This document shows, one piece after another, positions 57,732 through 64,000 of a stretch of 64,000 bases of DNA. This DNA is from Dehalococcoidia bacterium (GTDB lineage: Bacteria > Chloroflexota > Dehalococcoidia > SM23-28-2 > HRBIN24), in NCBI GenBank assembly GCA_032249735.1, contig JAVVHA010000001.1, positions 70,041-134,040 of the forward strand, written 5' to 3'. A model generated the notes under the pieces. The model saw only the letters and a program-made list of their open reading frames with translations, ran no database searches and was not told the DNA's origin. The translations under genes and the position numbers were made by a program. Each line of letters begins with the position of its first letter. Position 1 is the first letter of the stretch.

Positions 57732-59684
57732 ATGCGGGTCTCCTGGCGCGCCCTTCTTGTGCTGGCTTTCATCGCCTCTCTGGTGTTAGGCGAGGGAGAA
57801 GCCATAAGGGGCCCTGTCCACAGGGCCCAGGGAGGCCGCACGGTGGCCTCCCAGGGCATGGCCACGGAGCCCACAGGGTATCTCAGCCTCCTTCAAGCAG
57901 ACCTTCCCTTGCTACCTGACTTCATCCTCACCGAGGCCTTACAGCCACAGCAGGTGAATAACGTCACACCTCTCTTGCGGGGAGGGGAAGGGGTGAAGGT
58001 GGGCATCATCGACTCGTTTGCTGGCTTCCAGCGCCTCCTGGGGACGGAGCTACCCCCACCGGAAAGGGTCGTCTACCGCTCCTTCACCCCCTCCCCTGGC
58101 GCCACAGCCCACGGCACGGCGGTGGCCGAGATCATCCACGATCTGGCTCCGATGGCCACCCTATATCTGGCGGAGGCTACCACCGTAGCTGAGGTGGCCC
58201 AGGCCGTGGACTGGCTCATCTCCCAGGGGGTGCACATTATCAACATGTCCCTTAACGCCCCCTTTGCCCCACCGAGCGACGGGCGGGGTTTGGATGCCAT
58301 CACCGTAGAGAAGGCAGCTGCCCATGGCATCTTGTGGGTCAACTCCGCCGGGAATTATGGCAATAAGCATTGGCGCGGGCCATGGCGCGACCCCGATGGT
58401 GACCTGGTCTTGGACTTCCGGGACGGTCTGGAGGCCAACATCATGAAGGTACCCCAGGAGGCGTCCTTCATGGTGGTACTGCGATGGGAAAACCCCTGGC
58501 CCGGGGCCTGTGACGACTACGACCTGACGGTTCAGTGGATAGACCCCACATTGGGGACACAGGTGCGGACCTCTGAGGCCCCCCAGGACTGTAGCTCATC
58601 GTCCCAGCCCCTGGAGATGGTGAGCAGCAAGGCTACCACGGTCGATGGCCGCCTGTTCATCTCTGTGCGCCGCCGACCCACGGCCCGGCCCGTGACCTTG
58701 GAGCTGTTCGTCATGGGGGGTGTCTTGGAGGAGAACACCCCTCAGGCCAGCGTGGCGCCTCCCGCCGATAGCGCCAAGGGTCTGGCGGTGGGTGCCGCCC
58801 CCTATTACGACCTGGGCCACATCCATCCCTATAGCGCGCGAGGCCCGGGAGCCCAGGGGGTGCTGAAGCCCGACTTCGTAGGGCCTGACACCGTCTCCAC
58901 CGCCACCTTTGGCCCTTATGGCTTCGCCGGAACCTCGGCAGCTGCTGCCCACATTGCCGGTCTGGCGGCGGTCATCAAGGGCGCGCGGCCCCAATGGGGC
59001 CCCCAGGAGATAAGGGAAGCCCTCAAGGCCTGGGCATGGGACATGGGCCCCTTGGGCCCCGACACCGACTTCGGCTACGGGTCTATCGACCCAACTGAGG
59101 TGGCCCGTGGGGTCCTCGGCCCACCCCTGCCCCCTGCCCCCGCCACCGTGGAGCCCTACGATGACCAGCTGGTGCAGGTGAGCTGGCAGGCCCGGCCAGA
59201 GGCCACCCACTACCTCTTCTGCCTGGACCTCCGGGCCGACTTCAGTAGCCCTTATGCCTCCTGCCGAAAGGTCGGTGTGGGCACCACCGCCCTCCTGGTG
59301 GAGGTGCCCAAGGTGGACCAGGTGCCATACTACTTCCGCGTCCACGCCTGCAACGAGAACGTGTGCTCCGATGCCGCACCCGCCGGGGGGGTTGTACGCC
59401 GCATCCAGGGAGGGGCGTTGGGCTGGGACTATTATTTCACGGCCTATCAAAGGGATGGGATGACGGTGGCTGCGGTGCGCAGCCTACGCCCCTTGCCCAG
59501 CACCATCCGCCTTTACCGCGGGCTGGTGGGGGCCTATCCTTGGTTCTCCTTGGAGATGGAATGCCCACAGGTGCCGCCAGGAGGGGTCTGCCGCGGAATC
59601 TGGCCGGCCAGCTCCATAGCCAGCGCTGTGCAATCGCTGGCGCCTTGGTGGGATCTGAGCTCTGCCCTTATCGTGGGGCCCTAG
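57732..59684 (+). CDS. Secreted S8-family (subtilisin-like) serine peptidase with C-terminal extension
   Basis: It has a signal peptide and the catalytic triad regions D (VGIIDS), H (HGTAVAE) and S (GTSAAAAH). The C-terminal ~200 aa are an extra beta-rich domain. Confidence 0.85.
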   Translation: MRVSWRALLVLAFIASLVLGEGEAIRGPVHRAQGGRTVASQGMATEPTGYLSLLQADLPLLPDFILTEALQPQQVNNVTPLLRGGEGVKVGIIDSFAGFQRLLGTELPPPERVVYRSFTPSPGATAHGTAVAEIIHDLAPMATLYLAEATTVAEVAQAVDWLISQGVHIINMSLNAPFAPPSDGRGLDAITVEKAAAHGILWVNSAGNYGNKHWRGPWRDPDGDLVLDFRDGLEANIMKVPQEASFMVVLRWENPWPGACDDYDLTVQWIDPTLGTQVRTSEAPQDCSSSSQPLEMVSSKATTVDGRLFISVRRRPTARPVTLELFVMGGVLEENTPQASVAPPADSAKGLAVGAAPYYDLGHIHPYSARGPGAQGVLKPDFVGPDTVSTATFGPYGFAGTSAAAAHIAGLAAVIKGARPQWGPQEIREALKAWAWDMGPLGPDTDFGYGSIDPTEVARGVLGPPLPPAPATVEPYDDQLVQVSWQARPEATHYLFCLDLRADFSSPYASCRKVGVGTTALLVEVPKVDQVPYYFRVHACNENVCSDAAPAGGVVRRIQGGALGWDYYFTAYQRDGMTVAAVRSLRPLPSTIRLYRGLVGAYPWFSLEMECPQVPPGGVCRGIWPASSIASAVQSLAPWWDLSSALIVGP

Positions 59685-61582
59685 AAGGCGTCCACCACCT
59701 GCACAGCGGCAGGCGCCACCTCCCGACAGGCGTCACACTTGATGCACAGGGCCTGCTCAATGCGATAGCGCCCGTCTTCGCGCACGACGGCCCCCGTAGG
59801 GCACACATGGGCGGCCTCTGCTAGCTCGGGGGCCTGCTCTACTATCTCATAGCGCACTAGGCCCCTGCACACACGGGCCGGGCATCGCCGTCCCAATAGG
59901 TGAGCATCCAGCTCTTCGCGAAAGAGCCCTAAGAGGGACATGATGACGGTGGGGGCAGCCTGGCCATGGGCGCAGTTGGAGTAACGCATGGTGGAGGCCA
60001 AGAGTTGCATCAGCTCCACGTCCTGGGGGCGTCCCCCTCCCTGGGCGATACGGCGCAAGATCTCCAAAAGCCGGCGGGTGCCAGCAAAGCAGGTGGTGCA
60101 GCGGCCACAGGACTCATCCTCGGCGAACCACTCGAAGTATATGGCCAGGTCCACGACACAAGTGGAATCGTCCATGACCACCAGGCCGCCTGAACCCATG
60201 AGCATGCCCATCTCCCGGAAGGGCTCGGGCTCCAAGGGGAGCCCATCCCCAGCCATGATGCGAGAGGCAGGTACCACCCCTGAGAGGGGCCCTCCCGGCT
60301 GCACCGCCTTCAGGCGCCTGCCCTCGGGCACGCCCCCGCCTGCCACCAGGATCACGTCCCGTAGGGGGGTCCCCAAAGGCACCTCCAACACTCCTCCTCG
60401 CCTGATGTTGCCGGAGAGGCTGAACATCTTGGTTCCCTTGTTACGCTCCGTCCCCACGGAGGCATACCACGCGGCACCGTGGCGCAGAATAAGGGGAACG
60501 TTGGCATAGGACTCCACGTTGTTGACATTAGTGGGCATGCCAAACACGCCCGCCTGCGCCGGGTATGGCGGGCGGATCTTGGGCATCCCCCGCATGCCCT
60601 CGATGGAGGCGATAAGGCCCGTCTCCTCGCCGCAGACATAGCTCCCCGCCCCCCGCACCACCTCCAGCTCCAACTCCAGAGGCGAGCCTAGGATGCCCCG
60701 GCCCAAAAGCCCCATCCTCCGGGCATCCTCTATAGCCTCCTGCATGCGTTGGACAGCTAGGGGGTATTCATCGCGGATATAGATGTAGCCGTAGGAAGCA
60801 CCTGTGGCCCAGGCAGCGATGGCCATCCCCTCGATGATGAGGTGGGGGTCACCTTCCAGCAGATTACGGTTGACGAAGGAGCCAGGGTCGCCCTCATCGG
60901 CGTTGCAGATGAGGTATTTAGGGGTGACGCGGGCCTGGCGCAAGAAGTCCCACTTGCGCCCCGTAGGGAAGGCGGCTCCTCCCCGCCCCCACAGCCCGGC
61001 ATCCAACACCTCCTTTATGACCTCCTCCGGCGTCATGTCCAGAGCGCGGGCCAGGCCCTCATACCCCCCGCGGGCGATGTAGTGCTCAGCGTTGGCGGGC
61101 TCGATAATGCCCACGTTGGCCATAAGACGCCGCACCTGCAGCCGCATCCAATCGGTCTCCTGCAAGAGGGGAAGGCTGGCCATGGCGGTGCCGTGGTAAG
61201 CCGACGGAGGGACCCCTTCTTCAGGGATCATCCCCAGGGCGAGCTCAGGCAGGGCCTTCTGGGGGCCCAGGACAGCTTCCAGGAGCCGAGGCACGTCCTG
61301 GGCCAGCACGGGCCCATAGAGAACACGCGGATAGCCCGGGAGATGGACGTCCACCACAGGGTCGGCGAAGCAAAGGCCAGGGCACCCCACCTCCAGCACT
61401 AAAGCCTCCTCACCCCGTCGTGCCACTTCCTCTCTTATGGCAGCCAAAGTCTCGTCCGCCCCTGCGGCTTTTGAGCAGGTGGCCACCGCCACGCGGAAGA
61501 TGGGAATGGAAGGCTCGACGAGGAGGCGCCACCGCTCCTCGGCTGCCTGGCGAAGGGGGCGATAGGCGTCTAGGGCTGTCAT
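59681..61582 (-). CDS. NuoF-like NAD(H)-binding flavoprotein with N-terminal thioredoxin-like [2Fe-2S] domain and C-terminal 2x[4Fe-4S] ferredoxin domain (HydB/HoxF/FdhB-type)
   Basis: The FMN/NAD site GAGSYVCGEETGLIASIEG, the 4Fe-4S motif ESCGRCTTC and a C-terminal CxxCxxC ferredoxin tail are present. The start was chosen at MTALDAYRPL, where it abuts the nuoE-like stop. Confidence 0.8.
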   Translation of the reverse strand: MTALDAYRPLRQAAEERWRLLVEPSIPIFRVAVATCSKAAGADETLAAIREEVARRGEEALVLEVGCPGLCFADPVVDVHLPGYPRVLYGPVLAQDVPRLLEAVLGPQKALPELALGMIPEEGVPPSAYHGTAMASLPLLQETDWMRLQVRRLMANVGIIEPANAEHYIARGGYEGLARALDMTPEEVIKEVLDAGLWGRGGAAFPTGRKWDFLRQARVTPKYLICNADEGDPGSFVNRNLLEGDPHLIIEGMAIAAWATGASYGYIYIRDEYPLAVQRMQEAIEDARRMGLLGRGILGSPLELELEVVRGAGSYVCGEETGLIASIEGMRGMPKIRPPYPAQAGVFGMPTNVNNVESYANVPLILRHGAAWYASVGTERNKGTKMFSLSGNIRRGGVLEVPLGTPLRDVILVAGGGVPEGRRLKAVQPGGPLSGVVPASRIMAGDGLPLEPEPFREMGMLMGSGGLVVMDDSTCVVDLAIYFEWFAEDESCGRCTTCFAGTRRLLEILRRIAQGGGRPQDVELMQLLASTMRYSNCAHGQAAPTVIMSLLGLFREELDAHLLGRRCPARVCRGLVRYEIVEQAPELAEAAHVCPTGAVVREDGRYRIEQALCIKCDACREVAPAAVQVVDAF

Positions 61583-62112
61583 CAGGGCTGCCCCCCCTCC
61601 TTGAGACGACGGGCCAGACGCACCGCCTCGGCTACAGTCAGGGGCCCGATGTAACGCCCCCCCACCCGCACCAGGGGCGCCAGGTGACATGTGCCATCGC
61701 ACTGGACTAGGCGGAGGCCTACGGCCCTATCGAGGGTGGAGCTATTCATGGCACAGCCCAACACCGCCTCTAGGGCTGCGCGGATGTTCCGTCCGCCTTT
61801 CAGGAGACAGGCAGGCCCACTGCACCACTGGACCTCTACCTTAGGGGGCGGCTCTGTGCGGATCTCTGAGTAGAAGGAGATGACACCATAGATAGCCGCT
61901 GGGGTCGTCTGGAAGTGGGCGGCGAGCAAAGGTATGGCCTGCGGTGGCACATAGCCCATCTCCTCCTGGACACGATGTAGAGCGTCTAAGAGGTGGACCT
62001 CGCTTGGCCGCAACCCGGCCAGGAGGTGACGAACCCGGGCCTGGACATCGGCCCCTTCAGCGGTCACCTCCACTGGCCGAAACCTGGAGGCATGGCGCGA
62101 TGTTAGGGACAT
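61582..62112 (-). CDS. NuoE-like [2Fe-2S] thioredoxin-like ferredoxin subunit
   Basis: It has the Cys motif CSGPAC ... CDGTC. The start was chosen at MSLTSRH, which has an AAGGA RBS. Confidence 0.75.
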   Translation of the reverse strand: MSLTSRHASRFRPVEVTAEGADVQARVRHLLAGLRPSEVHLLDALHRVQEEMGYVPPQAIPLLAAHFQTTPAAIYGVISFYSEIRTEPPPKVEVQWCSGPACLLKGGRNIRAALEAVLGCAMNSSTLDRAVGLRLVQCDGTCHLAPLVRVGGRYIGPLTVAEAVRLARRLKEGGQP

Positions 62113-62137
62113 CCTTACGTCCGCATTGTAATGGTCG

Positions 62138-63475
62138 TCATCGCCCTCGGGCAAGGGGAGTGGTCACGGCCAGATCCTCATGGACCAGCGCGGCCACCGT
62201 TTCGCCTAGACGGACGCTGTAGTTCTGCCCCCGGTCCTCGGGGAATATCTGGGACATGTTGGCCAGGTAGAGGCCCGGGACGGGGGTGCGATGGGGCGGG
62301 ATCCTGCCGGCGTTGGCCACGGTGAAGACAGGCTGGGCATGGCGGCCATAGAACACCCACCGGCCCTCCACCCATGATGCGTCCAACTGAGGCTGTATGC
62401 GCCGCAGAGATGGCAAGTACAAGTCCCACAGCTCCTCCTCCCCCATGGACATCAACGGCGAGTCCGGCGAGAGGTAGTTGCTTATGTAAAGCACATGTAG
62501 GCCGCCGTAGTTCTCCTTGCTCACTAGGTTGGTGTGTTCGATGAGGGCCAGGAAGGGGAAGGAGCGGTCGCTGATGGCCAGCCAGTAGTATGGCGTTACA
62601 GGGCGGCGCAGGGCCAGGACCATGCACAGGGCATCCTGGTAAGGGATGCCGCGGCAAAAGGAGAGGTAGTCTTCGGGGAGCATGGGCACCAGGCGCAGGA
62701 AGACCTCGTTGGCCACCGTCGCCACGATGGCATCGAAGGGGCCCCACCTCTCCCCCTTGGCCTCCAGGGCTACAGCCCTGCCCTCCTCCACTACCACGCG
62801 TTGCACGGGGGTGGCGGCGTGGAGCTGCCCCCCTAGGGCGCGGATGCGGGCCACCAGCTCGTCCACCACCAGGCCGAAGGACCCCAATAGGTAGCCCAAC
62901 ACCTCCCGCCAGGCCCCCAAGCGCCTGGAGGAGAAGCGGAGGCGGATCTTATTCCACAGCCAGGCCATCACCACCTCGTCGCCCATCTCGCCGAACTTGC
63001 CATAGAAGAGGGGCCCCCACACCACTTGCCAGCTGCGCGGCCCAGCAAAGCGGCTCACCCACTCCCTGGCCGTTACCCCCATGAAAGGCGCCATGTCCGT
63101 TTTGCGCCGCAGGTACAGGCCCATAAGCCCCAACCTTATCCTCTCCAGCGGGGGGAGGGGGGAAAAGCGTAGCAGGTCCAGCGGGGTCACGAATGGGTAT
63201 ATGCGCTCCTGCGAATAGATACCCACTGAGGAGGGACGCCACACCAAACGGCTTCCCAGCCCCAGCTCTCCTATGAGGGATATCATGGCGGTATCGGTGG
63301 TGAAGATATGGTGGTAGAAGCATTCGAGGCGCTCCCCTCCCACCTGGAAGGTGCGCACCAAGCCTCCCCATTGAGGAGCGGATTCGAAGACATCTACCTG
63401 GTGTCCTTTTTGCAGCAAGCGGTAGGCGGCCGTAAGCCCCGCTATCCCCCCGCCGATGATGGCCACCTTGCCCAC
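62138..63475 (-). CDS. FAD/NAD(P)-binding oxidoreductase (amine-oxidase / phytoene-desaturase-like fold)
   Basis: It has a Rossmann dinucleotide motif VAIIGGGIAGLTAAYRL. The start was chosen at a GTG with a GGAGGTGG RBS. The ORF track's Gly/Arg-rich N-extension is rejected. Confidence 0.6.
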   Translation of the reverse strand: MGKVAIIGGGIAGLTAAYRLLQKGHQVDVFESAPQWGGLVRTFQVGGERLECFYHHIFTTDTAMISLIGELGLGSRLVWRPSSVGIYSQERIYPFVTPLDLLRFSPLPPLERIRLGLMGLYLRRKTDMAPFMGVTAREWVSRFAGPRSWQVVWGPLFYGKFGEMGDEVVMAWLWNKIRLRFSSRRLGAWREVLGYLLGSFGLVVDELVARIRALGGQLHAATPVQRVVVEEGRAVALEAKGERWGPFDAIVATVANEVFLRLVPMLPEDYLSFCRGIPYQDALCMVLALRRPVTPYYWLAISDRSFPFLALIEHTNLVSKENYGGLHVLYISNYLSPDSPLMSMGEEELWDLYLPSLRRIQPQLDASWVEGRWVFYGRHAQPVFTVANAGRIPPHRTPVPGLYLANMSQIFPEDRGQNYSVRLGETVAALVHEDLAVTTPLARGR

Positions 63476-63996
63476 TACTTGGCCACCTCCGCCGGCTGCC
63501 GCGCCATCGCCCGCAAGGGGACCTGCAGCAGCCACAGGAACACCAGCCCCACCACGATGACGGGCACTAGCAGGAGCCCATGGAGAGCCACAGCATACGC
63601 CGACGCCACCCCTCTGGCCACCCCTGCCCCTACCATCACCTGCTGCGAGGCCCACTCAAAAGGCCCCACGCCCCCAGCGCTGGAGGGCACAGCGATGGCC
63701 AGATTGGCTGCGCCCGTCAACACTAGGAACGTGGCGAATCCCCCCTGGATGCCGAAGCCCCACCCCACCACGAAGTACATGGTTGCCTCCAAGGCCCAGG
63801 CCACGCCCCCTGTAGCCATCACCCCCACAAGGGCCCACGGCGACCGCAACGCCATGAGCCCGTCCAGAAAGGCATCCGCCAGCTGCAGCACCTTGCCTTG
63901 CCACGGCGTAGGCAAGGGCTGGCAAAGGGCTTTTATCGCTTTCTCTGCTGCATCTCTCTTCATCATGGCGACCACGAGGATCAGGAAGGCCACCAC
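63475..63996 (-). CDS. Polytopic membrane protein (flippase-like UPF0104-type TM domain, tentative); N-terminus may extend beyond the window
   Basis: It has ~5 hydrophobic helices and abuts or overlaps the oxidoreductase start. Confidence 0.4.
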   Translation of the reverse strand: MVAFLILVVAMMKRDAAEKAIKALCQPLPTPWQGKVLQLADAFLDGLMALRSPWALVGVMATGGVAWALEATMYFVVGWGFGIQGGFATFLVLTGAANLAIAVPSSAGGVGPFEWASQQVMVGAGVARGVASAYAVALHGLLLVPVIVVGLVFLWLLQVPLRAMARQPAEVAK

Positions 63997-64000
63997 AAAG

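Noticed and set aside
1-64000. CRISPR arrays, rRNA genes, transposases or integrases
   Set aside because: No regularly spaced direct repeats, no 16S/23S/5S signatures, and no ORF with transposase (DDE) or tyrosine/serine recombinase motifs were seen. The only intragenic repeats are the DUF4389 duplication and the DoxX 3'-end copy.

Overview
This is a high-GC (~65-68%), gene-dense bacterial chromosomal window with many 4-nt start/stop overlaps. The gene content suggests a thermophilic Chloroflexota-like lineage: archaeal-type iPGM, DapL-route lysine synthesis, split MetE and a GERELALAA-type tmRNA tag. Most of the window is core housekeeping. This includes an aro operon (aroE, hypothetical, aroC, aroK-aroB fusion, acyP); moeA; pheST convergent with infC-rpmI-rplT; a biotin carboxylase/BCCP pair inserted between thrS and infC; tRNA-Val; purE-purD; guaA; a penicillin-acylase-family Ntn hydrolase; pgk-apgM-tpiA; miaA-dapF-EthD-dapL; and hflX. 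Further along are an HxlR/DoxX divergent pair, a peptide-type ABC importer without ATPase genes, ctpA-smpB followed directly by tmRNA (ssrA), and an MFS transporter. There is a cobalamin riboswitch driving a btuFCD-like importer, a DtxR-family regulator, split cobalamin-independent methionine synthase genes, speH-speE, an ADP-forming ACS-like protein, a metallophosphoesterase, mutS-mutL and a secreted S8 protease. The window ends with an orphan NuoE/NuoF-like flavoprotein module, an FAD oxidoreductase and a membrane protein. The least explained stretch is about 31.2-36.3 kb. It contains a degenerate duplication of the DoxX gene 3' end, a 440-bp non-coding convergent spacer with repeated GACGCG palindromes, two overlapping unknown membrane proteins behind a clean TTGACA-17-TAACAT promoter, a Cys-rich zinc-ribbon-like protein, an overlapping PTPS-like/amidase pair, and a tandemly duplicated DUF4389-like membrane protein behind a leader terminator-like hairpin. 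No CRISPR array, rRNA or clear transposase was seen. All calls come from reading the sequence and ORF translations without any database search.
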